Source: Monocercomonoides exilis PA203
Lineage: Eukaryota; Protista; Preaxostyla
DNA length: 64,000 bases
Direction: 5' to 3'
Assembly: GCA_001643675.2 (NCBI GenBank)
Contig: LSRY02000005.1
Coordinates: 1,550,001 to 1,614,000 of the forward strand
Positions 1-12,800 of this stretch are shown piece by piece (the first letter of the stretch is position 1; every line of letters starts with the position of its first letter). The notes below the pieces were generated by a model that ran no database searches, was not told the origin of the DNA, and saw nothing but the letters and a program-made list of their open reading frames with translations. Made by a program: the position numbers and the translations under genes.

Positions 1-3000
1 AAGCAAAATCCGAGACAATTGTGGGCGTTGAATGCAAAAGGGAAGTGAGTGGCTCTGAAGACTGTATTCTGAAATCAACATCAGTGACAGAAATTCAGTT
101 CATCGGGATTATTGTTCCATCAAGATTTAATAGAGCAATCACATCGGTGATCGAATCAACCACTCAAAATGGAGAATTGCACATGAAAAATTGTGCGATC
201 AGTGTGATTGGAGGAGACAAAAACACAATTGGATTTTCCTTGATCAAATCAACAGGAAAGATGGTTGAGCTGGACTCTGTCACGATTTCAGATGTGAAAT
301 CATCAGTTGCGCTGTTTTCAATTTCTCCTTCATCTGCAACTGTGAATGAAGACGAATTCAGAGTGAAACTGTTGAATTACACAATGGAAGGATGCAGTTT
401 GGATGACTCCTCACTTGGTGAATCTCCATTGATGATATCTTCTTCCGTTTTGTTTGAAAGCAGCAACTTTTCGAATATTGAAAATAAGGGCAGCGAAGAA
501 GGAGGTGTCGCAAAAGTGACATTGCAAGGGAATGAAGAATTGGTGATCAAATCAACAAATGCATCATCTTGTTCGCTTTTAAAGAACAATGGAAAAGGAG
601 GATTCTTGTATTTGGATTGTCAGAATTGTTTGAATGAGAAGCCATTTGTTTTTGATGCTGGAATTACTTTTGTGAACAATAAAGCAGATATTGGAAAGAA
701 TGCGTTCATTTTCGGAAAGGATTTTAATACTTCTGTAACAAATGAGTCATTCAAGTTCGATTATTCCTCAATGATAAATGATAAAACTCTGTTTGTTGGA
801 AGTGATAACAATTACCAAGAAAAAGATTTGTTCATGTTTCTGATTCAATACAGCTCGTTTGAAATATTTATCTCATCGAGTGGATTTGATGTTGCACGAT
901 GTGGAAGTGAAGAAGAGCCATGCTTCACGATGTGGAAAGGGATGGAAAACATGGAAAAGGAGATTGGAAAGAAAACAATTCAGATTGAAGGATCGACTGT
1001 CATTCGAGATTCATTCAACATTTCCAATTATCAGATCAAAAAGGGTGTAAAGATGGGAGAAGAAGATGCAAAAGCGAAATTGAATTTTGAAAAAGCAATT
1101 GGAAGCCAACTGGAATATTTCATGGGAAATGATGTTCATCTTGAATTGACAAATATCCAACTGCAATTAACATCTGGATTTGACAACTCAGCCAAAACAA
1201 TAATTTCAAATACAAATGGAGATTTGGTGATAACTGGATGTTCATTCCATTCAGAAGCAAGAATGAACGATGAATTTGATTGTGTATTTGTGGATGCAAT
1301 TGGAGGAAGTGTGGAAGTGAATGATTTGTCGATGGAATCATGCAATGTTGGAAACAGTATTTTTGTTATTCATGATGCTGGAGTTTCTTGCCATTTGGAG
1401 AATGTTCATGTGAAATCGTTGAATGAAAGTGGAGGATGCATTTTATCAATCAAGAAATCTGAAGCAGGGTTGAAGATAAATGAAGAAAGTGAAGGAGGGA
1501 TAAACCTTCAAATTGACAAATCATCATTTTCTGGTGTGAAGAGAAGCGACAATGGAGCGAGCATTTTGGAATCAAAGAGTGAGAATAAGATTTGTTTGGC
1601 TGTGAATGAGAGCAACATCACAGAAGGCAAAGCGGAAGAAAGTGAAAAAGGAGGTGCAATATTCTTCACATTGAGTGTATCTGGATCAATGAACATGATA
1701 AAGTCCGAAGTCAGTCAATGCAGCTGCACCAATGGGAAAGGAGGAGGGGTGTATCTGGCAACAAAGGAAACAGGTGATTTGAATTTCACATTTGTGGGAA
1801 TGAAGTTCAGTGCGAACACAGCAAGTGTTGGAAATGATATTTTCATTGAATGTTTCAACATCACATCTCAGATCAATGAAAGGCAATTCCAGTTTGATCT
1901 TCGAGAGGGACATTATTCACGAATTAATGCGATATATGGAATTGATGGGTGTGAACACAAAGAAGAAACAGATCTGATTGATTTTGTGACGATCCATCAG
2001 AGTGACACAATCATTGTGAGCAGCGTAAATGGATCGGATGATAGGCAATGTGGAACAAACACGCTTCCATGCCATTCGATTGATTATGGACTGATACATC
2101 TCACTTCAGAACTTATTAGTCTGATGTTCATTGTTGAAGAGAGCGTGATTGGAAAGGAAATAAACCTGGAAGAAATGAGCCTAAGTTCGAAGAGCAGAGA
2201 GATGTGCAAAGTTAAAGTGAAATCAAACATTGAAAAAGCAAAGGAGGAATTGGTGACAACATGTGGAACAGTTTCAATGTTGAGAATGAACTTTGTGTTT
2301 GATTCAAATTTCATTTCTTCACATGAATCGCTGATATCACCAGAAGGAGGAATTCTTGAAATGATGAATTGCTCATTTGGCTCAAAACAATCTAATGAGG
2401 AAGGAAATTCAGCTTTTGTGAGCATTCCATTTCATCTAATAAATATGGAAAAAGGAGAATTACAACTCATGGAATGCAAAGTGAATAATCTCATTCTTCG
2501 TGAATCAGCATTGTTTCTTTCATCACCACTTCCATCAGCAATTGATTCATTAATTATTTGCAATTCAACAATTAAAACTTCTCTTATTGAGATTAATGAA
2601 TGTGAGCAATTGAGTACGGAAAAGTTGCATATTGAAAATATCACAGTTGAAGGAAATGAAGAAACATTGATATCATGCCTGTCAATAAAAAAAACAATGC
2701 AATTAACAAATTGCACAATGGGAAAAGTCAGTTCAAAGAACACAAAAGGGAAATTGGTGAAATTGGAGGATTGCACAGACGTGGAAATGGACAGTTGCAT
2801 TTTTGATGGAAGTTCAAATGAAAGAAATGAACTTCATCTGAATAAAGAAGAAGAAGAGATATGCAGATGGTCTGGATCTCTTGTGGATGTTGTGAAAAGT
2901 TCTGTTTTGATGAAAGATACAACAATATCGAATTCACCAGAAGGTGGAATTACAATGAGTGGAGGAAATGTGATAATTGATGCAGGGAATTTCTCAAACA

Positions 3001-4913
3001 ACAATCCAACTATTGAAGGATATACATCATTGAGAAGAAACATCATCTGTTCAGATTCAGGAACATTGAATGTGATGAGTTTGAAGGGAGGAGATGGATG
3101 GAAGGATAATTCATCACTCTGGATGCTGAATGACGGGTGCAGTTTTGAAGGAATTGTTACAGAAAGGGATTCATCATTTTTCATTCCTGTTCTGGAAAGT
3201 GTGGAAGCAAAAGAAATAACAGATAGAATGAAGCTGATATTCAAAGGGATGCTTCTTGTTCCATGCAATCTGTCATTCACAGTTGTGAAGAAGAAGGGAG
3301 AAGAGAAAGAGATTGAAAAACACGATTTTGATGAAAATGGATTCATGTCAGAAAGAGAAGTTGAAGGGATTGTGGCAAAAGATCTTATCAGCAGTTGTGA
3401 AGACGAGATTGAGGTGAGTGTGCATATTTTGTTTGGGAATGCAGAATCGCCTTCATCAACAAATTCATTCATTCTGAAGAACAGAAGCGAGGTTGAGCCA
3501 AAAGGAGATGAAAGAATTGTTGAAGGAGGAAAAGAAGGAAAATCCTTTTGGTTGCTAATTGTTGTTATATTGGCTGTATTGTTCTTGATTGTTCTTGTTG
3601 TATCAATAATATTCATTGCCCGATGGAAGAAGGTTAAGAATGAAGCAGAAGATCTGAGAGAGATTGTGAACGATACAGTGAAGAAGGATCCGAAGCTGAT
3701 TGAGATGGTGACGATGGAGATGTCACCTGAGGCGCAGTGGAGAAGAGCAGAGAAGGAGGCAGAGAAAAAGAACGAAGAGAAGATAAAGAAAAGAATAAAT
3801 GGAAAGGAGATGGTGCATTCAGAATCTGAAGAGTATCTTCTGTCTGAGAATGGATCGACTGAATATATATTGGGAAAAGATTCAAACAAGATTCCTGATT
3901 GGATGCTGGAGAAGGTTGATGAGAAGGAAGAAGAAGAGACAAGAAAGAGAACACCATCACCATCAATATCTTCGACATGTTCAACCGATTCGGATTCCAC
4001 TTTTGTTCGAGGAGAGGATCTGTGCCCCACCACTTCTTCCATGTCGAACTTAGTGGATGCAATGGCCTGTTCGTCTCCTCATGAGAAGTTGATCGTGGAT
4101 TTGAGGGATTCATTGTTCATGCTCCTGCATGGAAGGAACGAGAAGAAAGAGATGGCAATAGGAAGTTTGCAGGAAAGAGAGCAAACAGCTGCCCAAATCC
4201 TGTTCTGGGTTGCGAATGGAGCTCTTCATTCATTTGATGAAATGGAAAATCCTCTTTCTTCACTGGCCAATCTCAGTCCTCACATTGTGTTGTTCTCAGA
4301 GCATATGGTCATCTGCATTGCAATGCACTCGGACTGTTCTTCTGATGATAGTTCAGATTCATCGTCGATCTCTTCATTGACAATTGTTTCTTCTTCGTCC
4401 AATATATCGTTGATGAGCGAAAGATTCACCGATTCTCCACCTCCATCATCCGCGTTTGAGGATGATGAAAACACCAGAAAAGAGTTTTTGAGATGGAAAG
4501 CACCAGAGCTGCTGATGAACAAGAAGATGGGAGCAACCAAGGAGTCAGTGGTATTCTCGATTGGGATGATGCTGTGGGAGTGCCTGACATTACAGATCCC
4601 GTTTGGGGAGTATGAAGGGGAAGTGGCTGGGCAGAAGATCGCAAACGGGGAGAGGCCGAGCACAGACACGATTCAAGACTCCAAGCTCACAAATCTGGTG
4701 CAGAGCATGCTCTCATCGACTGTGTCAGACCGACCGTCTCTTGTATTTCTGAAAAGTGAGTGCATTCGGCTTTTCCCTCAAAACGCATGCAACTTCACAG
4801 TTTCTGATGCAATCGACCTTGCGATGGAGTCAAACTGCAGCGAATGCAACAATGGCAGCTGCTCGACAAAGAAAAGCAGCAAGACAACAACTCAAACGCT
4901 GGTTGAGCAGTAA
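1..4913 (+). CDS. Receptor-like surface protein with degenerate protein-kinase C-lobe (expanded family), copy A; 5' end lies outside the window
   Basis: The frame is open from the window edge. The ectodomain has repeated GGA/GGG..FxxNxA and CGxxxxPC motifs. A hydrophobic TM segment (WLLIVVILAVLFLIVLVVSIIFIA, ~3548-3620) is followed by RWKK. The C-terminus has kinase C-lobe motifs LRWKAPEL, VFSIGMMLWECLTLQIPF and RPS. Colinear with 53589..61664. Confidence 0.85.
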   Translation, partial: AKSETIVGVECKREVSGSEDCILKSTSVTEIQFIGIIVPSRFNRAITSVIESTTQNGELHMKNCAISVIGGDKNTIGFSLIKSTGKMVELDSVTISDVKSSVALFSISPSSATVNEDEFRVKLLNYTMEGCSLDDSSLGESPLMISSSVLFESSNFSNIENKGSEEGGVAKVTLQGNEELVIKSTNASSCSLLKNNGKGGFLYLDCQNCLNEKPFVFDAGITFVNNKADIGKNAFIFGKDFNTSVTNESFKFDYSSMINDKTLFVGSDNNYQEKDLFMFLIQYSSFEIFISSSGFDVARCGSEEEPCFTMWKGMENMEKEIGKKTIQIEGSTVIRDSFNISNYQIKKGVKMGEEDAKAKLNFEKAIGSQLEYFMGNDVHLELTNIQLQLTSGFDNSAKTIISNTNGDLVITGCSFHSEARMNDEFDCVFVDAIGGSVEVNDLSMESCNVGNSIFVIHDAGVSCHLENVHVKSLNESGGCILSIKKSEAGLKINEESEGGINLQIDKSSFSGVKRSDNGASILESKSENKICLAVNESNITEGKAEESEKGGAIFFTLSVSGSMNMIKSEVSQCSCTNGKGGGVYLATKETGDLNFTFVGMKFSANTASVGNDIFIECFNITSQINERQFQFDLREGHYSRINAIYGIDGCEHKEETDLIDFVTIHQSDTIIVSSVNGSDDRQCGTNTLPCHSIDYGLIHLTSELISLMFIVEESVIGKEINLEEMSLSSKSREMCKVKVKSNIEKAKEELVTTCGTVSMLRMNFVFDSNFISSHESLISPEGGILEMMNCSFGSKQSNEEGNSAFVSIPFHLINMEKGELQLMECKVNNLILRESALFLSSPLPSAIDSLIICNSTIKTSLIEINECEQLSTEKLHIENITVEGNEETLISCLSIKKTMQLTNCTMGKVSSKNTKGKLVKLEDCTDVEMDSCIFDGSSNERNELHLNKEEEEICRWSGSLVDVVKSSVLMKDTTISNSPEGGITMSGGNVIIDAGNFSNNNPTIEGYTSLRRNIICSDSGTLNVMSLKGGDGWKDNSSLWMLNDGCSFEGIVTERDSSFFIPVLESVEAKEITDRMKLIFKGMLLVPCNLSFTVVKKKGEEKEIEKHDFDENGFMSEREVEGIVAKDLISSCEDEIEVSVHILFGNAESPSSTNSFILKNRSEVEPKGDERIVEGGKEGKSFWLLIVVILAVLFLIVLVVSIIFIARWKKVKNEAEDLREIVNDTVKKDPKLIEMVTMEMSPEAQWRRAEKEAEKKNEEKIKKRINGKEMVHSESEEYLLSENGSTEYILGKDSNKIPDWMLEKVDEKEEEETRKRTPSPSISSTCSTDSDSTFVRGEDLCPTTSSMSNLVDAMACSSPHEKLIVDLRDSLFMLLHGRNEKKEMAIGSLQEREQTAAQILFWVANGALHSFDEMENPLSSLANLSPHIVLFSEHMVICIAMHSDCSSDDSSDSSSISSLTIVSSSSNISLMSERFTDSPPPSSAFEDDENTRKEFLRWKAPELLMNKKMGATKESVVFSIGMMLWECLTLQIPFGEYEGEVAGQKIANGERPSTDTIQDSKLTNLVQSMLSSTVSDRPSLVFLKSECIRLFPQNACNFTVSDAIDLAMESNCSECNNGSCSTKKSSKTTTQTLVEQ

Positions 4914-5738
4914 TCGCCAGCGAAGCCACTGCGTTCATCAACATTTTGGCATCTGTTTCAGACATTCGAGAGATAATCGGGAAGTGGGGATATTGGCTGA
5001 AGCCGATTGAAAGAATTTGTGTTTGTATTTTGTTGAGTTGCGAAAAGGAAATGATGCAGCTGCACTGATGCCAACAAACACATATCAGGATTCAGTGTGA
5101 TTGGGATATGCAGCGTTGTGTGTATTTGTGGATGCGACTTGTTGATTTAATGATGTGCTTTTGTTTCATAAAAGCAGAATTGGAAGTTATTTCAATCAAT
5201 ACAAATTGAAATTTTAGATAATTTTTATTTTAAGAAAAGCAGAACGGCTTTTGCAGAAGAATCGACATTCTCAATGGCAGGATGTGATTATTCTGTGAAA
5301 TGAGTCTGTTTGTTTTATTTCATGAAAAGACTCAAAAAACATTGAAAATCTCAATACTAATTATTTTTTTCAGAAAATTATGCAAAAAACGATGAAGTGT
5401 AAAAGAAAAAAAATGAAAAATGAAAAATGAATGATTGTGAGGAATTTGAAATGAAAAAAAGGATTTTGTTCATTTTTGTTTCCTTGTGGCTTGGTATTGA
5501 TGAAAGAAGTGGATCAGTGGAAAAAAAAAAAAAACACCAAACAAATGATCCAATCAAAAATTGAAAATATTCTAATTCTTCAAGAAGAACATAAATTATG
5601 AAGAAATTTTCTCAACGAAAATCAACGAGGGTTGGAGTAAACATGAAATCGTTTGTTGTTTTTTTATTTTCATTTCTCATTTCTTTTCTCTCAATGTTAT
5701 AAATCATTCAACTGGGTATTTTTAACATCTTGATTTTG
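1..5738 (+). repeat. Left arm of large inverted duplication (pairs with ~52772..58519)
   Basis: Bases 1-19 are the exact reverse complement of 58501-58519. Homology runs through the stop codon and ~800 bp of 3' flank (e.g. aatcattcaactgggtatttt at ~5702 vs its reverse complement at ~52785-52806). Confidence 0.9.
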
Positions 5739-6086
5739 ACATTAGGGAAAATACGGATTTTCAAGCTTTTTATGCACAAAGCATGAAAAAATTGTTTTGC
5801 TTATAACTTTATTTCGCTTTCTCAAATGGGACAAAATATTTGACTTCAAGCATTTTCATTGAAAATTTTTGCACTTTTCATTGACTCATTTACATCAAAA
5901 AACACAATAAAAATTGGTTCATTTTTTTGACATTCGCGAAATTAAACAATATTTTTTACTATTATACAAATGATACCTATTTACGGATATAAAAATAAAA
6001 CAAATATCAAAATCTGAGAAAGTGAAATAAAGTTATAAGCGAAGCAATTTTTTCACGCTTTGTGAATTAAAATCTTGAAAGTCCGG

Positions 6087-6467
6087 ACAGATATCGCACA
6101 AAATACCGGACAAGATAGTTTTCTCAATAACCGAAAGAAGAATAGTTCTGACAATTTTCCTCAAAAAATATCTCATTAATACAAACTCAATTGATAAACG
6201 AGACTTTCAAAACAGAGTTATTGGTACTCTGAAAAAGTTGTTGATTGAAATCATGGAGAAATGAGATTTTGAGCTTCTCCGAGATTTCAATCATCAACTT
6301 TTTCAGAGTACCAATAACTCTGTTTTGAAAGTCTCGTTTATCAAATGAGTTTGCATTGACAAGTTGTGTTTTGAGGAAAATTGTCAGAATTATTTCTCTT
6401 GTGGTTATTGTGAAATCAATCTTGTCCGGTATTTTGTGCGATGTCCGGTATTTTATGTGATATCTGT
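6087..6467. repeat. Long imperfect palindrome / foldback (MITE-like), arms ~175 bp, loop ~14 nt
   Basis: ttgataaacgagactttcaaaacagagttattggtactctgaaaaagttg (6191-6240) is the exact reverse complement of 6295-6344. Outer arms also pair (atcgcacaaaataccggacaagat / atcttgtccggtattttgtgcgat). No ORF. Confidence 0.92.
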
Positions 6468-6852
6468 ATTTTCACCGATTTGTTCTTGATGATAATTGTC
6501 ATCATTTTTTCCTGTTAATTCTGTTTTTTTTTCAAAAAAAAAATTATAAAATAAAAAAAAAAAAGTGTATTGAATTGATAATTGCTTGTAAAGATTCAAA
6601 CGGAAAATGATATATCTTATGATTGACAAAATTTTCGGATAAAAAAATTAGCATTTTTAGCTCCATTTCAACAGCCAGAATTTTTTCAGGAAATTCTCTT
6701 ATTAGTGACTGCAGAAAATTCCACCCATCCTCTCATTTGCTTTTTCACATCTGATATTTGGTATTGCATTTAATCTGAATAATTTGTATTTGAAGTTTGT
6801 GAAAAAAGAATTTTTAAAAAATTATCCCATACTGTTAACAGTTTATGAATTA

Positions 6853-9800
6853 ATGGGCTCTTCAGCCTCTAAGCAAGCCGCTGAAGATTTGCATTCTTCA
6901 AATTTTTCTTTACCAAATGTTCCAGTTCAAGGAGTGGAAGTGAAAATTTCTGATAAATTTTCTCAAAAACCTTATTTCAATCATGTGTATGTTGTTTGGA
7001 GTGTTCGCCATCCAGGATCTGATTGGACAAAAGTTTCACAGGGATGGTATGCACACATTATATATTTTATGATGTCATAATAGAAATAAAGTTATTATAT
7101 CCCTACAAGAGCTGACGTTGGAGCAATTCTTCGTGTTGAGATTTTTAGGCAATTGTATGTACCAGAAAGTTCTGTTAGTGCTTCATATGACACGGCAGAC
7201 AAAACAACACAAATCATAGAGTTTGAAAAAAAAAAAGCAAAAATTCGTAAAGCCATTTTACCCCATTTGAAAGATGATTATGATCGGTTGCTTCTCTTGA
7301 CTCAAACATCTGCTCCCCCATCACAATTTGCAAATATGAAATTTAAATCTTACCAGGGAAATGACATAATTGAATTTGTTTATCAATCTTTTGATGAAAT
7401 CGAAAAAACAGTTGATTCAACAACGATTTATCAACAGACAGCTGAAAAAGAAGAATTTCGAGATACTGCAATTTCAGATTTTTGGGAACCAACTATGCAT
7501 GATCAGATTTATGCGTTTTCGAAGCATATGGAATTAATGTTTTCCTCAGAATCAAAATTTCCAGTGAGATCTTTAGATGAAGAGTGGATGGGACCACTTT
7601 ACAGAACGATCATGCCCATGCTTCCTCGACTTTCAAAAGCTGCTATGGAACCTGAAAGCACCCTATCAACTTTGTTTTCTGAAGATGAAATTTTTGGATT
7701 TGATAAGAATTATTATGTGTGCAGCGAAGATCATCTGACTGTCATGAGCTGGGATTGCGAAGAGCCAACGTTGTTTTCGAACTCTGTCGCATCTCTTTCA
7801 TCGTTTTCTGCGGTGCTGGCATCAAAAGCCGCATCATTCTCGTCCATATCGTCCATGCCCTCTGCATTCCCAGGCTACAGCTCCGAACAATTCAAAGGAA
7901 ATGCCTGTGATTTTGCAAGAGGCAACCTCCCAACTTCGGGAGAATCTGCGTCATTCAGCTTCCTGTGCCCGCCGTGGCCGCTGCGGTGTGCGCAAATCGC
8001 GTCCATCATCCTGAGCCGTCTGCCAGACATCGTCTCCCTCCAGCGCATCCCAGTCGGCGGTGTTGCTCAGCTCGCACGCGCCTTGTTCTGCCAATACGAT
8101 GGCGTCTGCGCGACAGTTTACAAACCAGACAAGAATAAAGTGAAAGGCGAAGCTGGTGAAAGGGAAGGTGAGAGAAGAGGGAGGAGAAAGGGGGCAGACG
8201 AGGAGCAGAAGAGCAAGGAGCTTGGATTTGATTCGGCTTATTCTTCTATTGGATCCAATGGAACATCAACGACGAAAACTCTGCCATCACCATCAATTTC
8301 TTCAACTTCTGCTTTTTCTCCCTCCTCGCTCTCTTTAAGCGGTGTTGGCTCTTCTCTTCCCTCTGCAGCTAAACGAGGCTCTCCTCCTTCATCATCATCT
8401 TCTTCTTCAGCAACGGGCACAGGCTATTTCATCCTCGACGATAATATCTCATCTTCATCATCATCTTCTTCTTCATCTTCTTCTCCCTCTGTTCCAAATG
8501 CAACCACACCTTCCTCTCTGCTCTCCACTCCTTCTGCTTCTGTTCCTCTGTTCCGCGAGTCGTCACAGCCGTATTCGCTCGACGTGTACGAAAACTGGGC
8601 CAACTGCATTTTCTATCGCAGGGGCAGAGTCCAGGCAGCATCTACGCCTTATTCGCTTGACATGTTTGAGAAGCCGCTTTCGTATTTCTTGCCGGCAAAC
8701 AACACACAGGGAACGGCGGCTGAAAAAATGAATGAAGGGAAAATGGAGAAAGAGAGGGAGAAAGAGAGAGAAAGAGAAAGAGAGAAGGAGAAGAGCAAAG
8801 AGAAGAAGAAAGAAAAAGAAAACAACGAATCAAAGGGAAAGCCGTTTTTCGGTTCGAAAGGAGGGAAAGGAGGCAGAGACAGCGACTATTTACCGTTTTC
8901 TGACACTCTTTTTGATGAAGACACCAAAAATTCAAAGACAAACATGCAAACAGGTGGAACAATGTTGGAACAATTCAGCAGCGATTCACTTGTTGCTCCG
9001 TCTCCCTTGATGTCAAATGCACGTCTTTCGCCTCAATCAACTGCATTGTCTTCCTTCTCTTCCTCTTCCTCTTCTTCTTCCACATCCACAATCACATCAT
9101 CATTATCCTCTACCTCCTCTCTTTCCCCTCCTCCTTCTTCCTCTCTCTCCAGCCGCTCCTCAGGACAGCACTTCTCCCGCACAAACTTCAATCGAACACG
9201 CTTGTGCGACATGAGAGCGCTCGGCATTGTTTTGCGCATCGACCCAGCTGTGGGGCCGATGCAGGCGCCTCCGCTGCTGTCACCGATGGACGAGGTGGCA
9301 GCGATGAGTGCGATGGAGAAGTATGTGAAGAAAGGGGCAGAGAAGGAGAAGATTATCCTGCGCCGGATGAAGATCACCAGCGAGAAGGAGCGGCTGATTG
9401 ACGAGCTGCTGGCAGAGGAGGACAAGATCAGGCAGAGGGAAATAGCAAGAGAGAAGGAGAGGGAGAGGCTGAGGATGATTCGGATGTTCGATGAAGATGC
9501 ATCAGAGAAGGATCCGCTGGATCCGCTGCCGATGCTGGGGCTGGACATTGACTCAGAAACAACGACGACAGAGACGAGCTCTGAAGGAGAGAGCATTTCA
9601 GAGGAAGAAATGGAAGGGGAAGGAGGAAGAAGAAGAGAGAGAAGAAGAAGGAGGAGAGGAGGAAAAGGGGAAGAAGAAGAAGAAGATGATGACGATGAGG
9701 ATATGTTGAGGTTGGATTCAGAGTCAGAGATGAGCGACAGCAGCGAGGAAGAGGAGGAAGGATCGAGTGAAATGGAGTATGAAGAAGGAGGAAAAAGAAG

Positions 9801-12800
9801 GACAAACAGAAAAGGAGGGAGGAAAACGAAAAAGAGAGGGAAAGACAAAGGAAGAGGGAAAGATTATGGAAAGGGGAAACTCAAAGACAGAATGAAAAGG
9901 GGAAAGAAGGGCAAAGAGGTGGAGTTATCAGAGTCTAAATACACGGACGATGCGAATGGAAGGCGAGAAGAGGAGATTCTGATGGAGTATGCTGAGAAGG
10001 AAGAGGATAGAGGCGTGGGGCTGAGGAGAAAGAAGAAGAAGAACGACATCAGAAACCAGCTGGAAGACATGCGGAGTCTGTCTGACAGAGCAATTATGGA
10101 CATGGACTCACTCATATTTGAGCAGGAGGAGCGAGAAAGAATGAAAAGGAGGAAGCAGCTGCTGCGCATGGAAGGGGAGCAAGAGACGCCGGAGGAGAAA
10201 GCAGGAAGGAAGAAGGAGACAGCCAATGCGCGGCTGAGAGGAGAACAGGTGATTACAGAGCTTGCAAAGGGGGTAATTACATCAGCAGCGATTGCAGTGA
10301 GAGAGAAAGACGGGGTCGTACAAGGAACTGAGGATCAGATGAAGAGGAGGGACGAGAGAGGAGCAAGTGGAATTGAGATGGCTGGAGCAGAAGGAGCAGA
10401 CGAAGCGAGCAGAGCAACAACTAAAAAGGGAGAAGGGCCGATGTACTCACATGCAGTCGGAGGAGGTGCAGTGCCAGAACTTTTGGCTGGAGAAGGACAA
10501 GGAGTCGAAAGCGGAGGAATTGGAGTGGGAGTTGGAGTGGGAGTAGGGGTAGGAGGCGGAGGAAGTGGAGGAGGAAGCGGAAGAGGGGCATCGATTGTGG
10601 AATCGTCAAGGCATTCCTTGTCACTTGCGCATTCGCTGAATTCACCGCGTGCCATCAACGCCTCGAAGGAGCAGATTGCTTTGTTTGGGGAAGTGACAGA
10701 GCGCACAACCCGCCTGTCGCACTGGAGACACGCGCTGATTGCGCCCAATGCGCCTCTACGGATGCCCACGCAGACTGTCCACACAGCACTGGCAGGAAAA
10801 GTGCTGGATCCGCATCACTTGCACGTGGCTCACGGACACGCTTTTATATCCTCAGTGGCAAGACACTACACAGGCGGGAGGAGGTTCTTTGCGACGTCTG
10901 TGCTGCTCTTTGGAGATGGCAGCTTCGGAGAAGATGTGCGTTTTGTGCAGACGATGAACCTGATGCGGACAATTGTGTTTGTGCTGACGCAACTCACAGG
11001 ATGCACCACAACAATGGAAAGAGCATCAGGAATGGCTGAGTCACCTTCGCTTGCGGCAGTATCCCAGTTCGGCTCTGGAAAAGGATATGGATTGATCAGC
11101 CCAGCTGTGGCGAAGCGGGTGGGCAGGGACGAGAAAGAGCGCGAAGGAGGGATGGAAGAAGAGAACTGGTTAGGAAGAGGAGGAGGAGGAAGAATCAGCA
11201 GCACCAGCAAAGGATTCGCTACTGATCATACCAGCTGGTCTTCCTGGAACGCCAGTGCCACAACGTCTTCATATTCAATGACGTTTTTCCCTCCTCACCC
11301 AGTTCATCTGCGCCTGCCGATCATTCTGTGCGGCTCGCTTTCGGCAACGTCGCTGGACTCTCCTGTGCTGCGGCTGATGATGCGGGGCATTGAAACATCG
11401 CAGCACCCTGCGCTGAGATTCTCGTGTGTAACAAACAGCATCTTACAGCAGCCGTCGTTTGTGCACAGCGGAATTGAGCTGAGAGACACACACAGGAGAA
11501 AGAGGTGGAAGAAGAGCTGGAGAGAGAAAGAGGCCGAAGGGTGTGTGGATGAGATGCTGATGGTATGCAAGAAGAGGGACAGGCTGATAGCGACGGAGCA
11601 GTTGCTTGCAGAGGAGAGGAAGAGAGAGAGGAAGAGAATAAAGGAGTCGAGAAAAGAGAGGGAGATGATGATTGTGTACCTCAAAGAGAAAGAGAGAGAG
11701 CGAATCAAAGAACTGGAAAAGGAGATAGGACGGGAGCTGATGACCAAAGAGGAGAGGGAGGCGCCTTATCAATACTACAACCCAGAGCTGGAGAAACTGG
11801 AGCCACACTATTCAATCGCCATTGGGTTTGGTGATCCAGACATCGCCCTGAAACTACAGAGCCGGAAGCCTTCGTATCTGCCACCGCGCAAAATGTACAA
11901 GCCGCCGCTTAATTTCGCAGAACAGGCAACAGAAATATTCGAAAGGGAGGAAGAAATACAAGAAATAAAGAGAGATTCTGGTTTGAAGGAGGCAGATTCG
12001 ACTAATTCTTTGATGATAAAAGGGATGAATGAGTCAGATAGATCGTTGAATGCTTCAGCTGATAATGCGTTGTCTTTTGAGAACAACACTTCTGAAGCAA
12101 ATAATGGAATGGGAAATGGTGTTAATTACCAAAACACTTCATTGACAGTCACACAATCCTCAAATCTTCCTTTGCCTCCTGATTCTACTTTGTCTTCTTC
12201 ATCCTCCTCCTCTTCTTCTTCAGACACACCTATTTCAGCCGAGACAACTTCCAATGAACTTCTTCTTTTCTCTGTTCCTGAAGTTGCTCCTCTGTTCCCC
12301 ACGTCACTTCACCCTGCTTCTGCCTACACTTCAATGGGCTTCTCTCCTCTCGAATCGCCTCAGTCACTACGAACGCTCAAAGACTCAACTGCAAATGCAG
12401 AACCAACTATTTCTCCAAGCTCCAATTCTCTTTCTCTTTCTCTCCCTCTTTCTTCTTCGACTTCTTCTTCTTCCAATCCATCTTCTTCTACCTCTTCTTC
12501 TCCTTCTTCCTCTTCTTCTCTCTCTCACTCTGCCCTCAACTTCATCCCCATCCGTCACAGACGTAGGCACCACAACTGCTGGGACCCGCTTTCCATTGCG
12601 GAAGCCGCAGAGTCGCAGCTGCTCCCCTTCGAAGGCAGCATCAAATACACTTTCCCGTTCAACCACCCATTCCACAAAGTGAGAGACCCAGTTCTCGTCC
12701 CCATCTTCGACAATGCTGTGGACTTTGGACAATATTTTGCACCTTCCCTTATTACTCCCTCAGAAGACAGCGAAAGATTCTCTGAGTCTGCAACTCCTGG

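Noticed and set aside
2834-4042. 402-aa antisense ORF, mirrored at 54460..55671
   Set aside because: Its conservation is explained by the sense paralogues and GAA-rich codon usage. No independent motifs.
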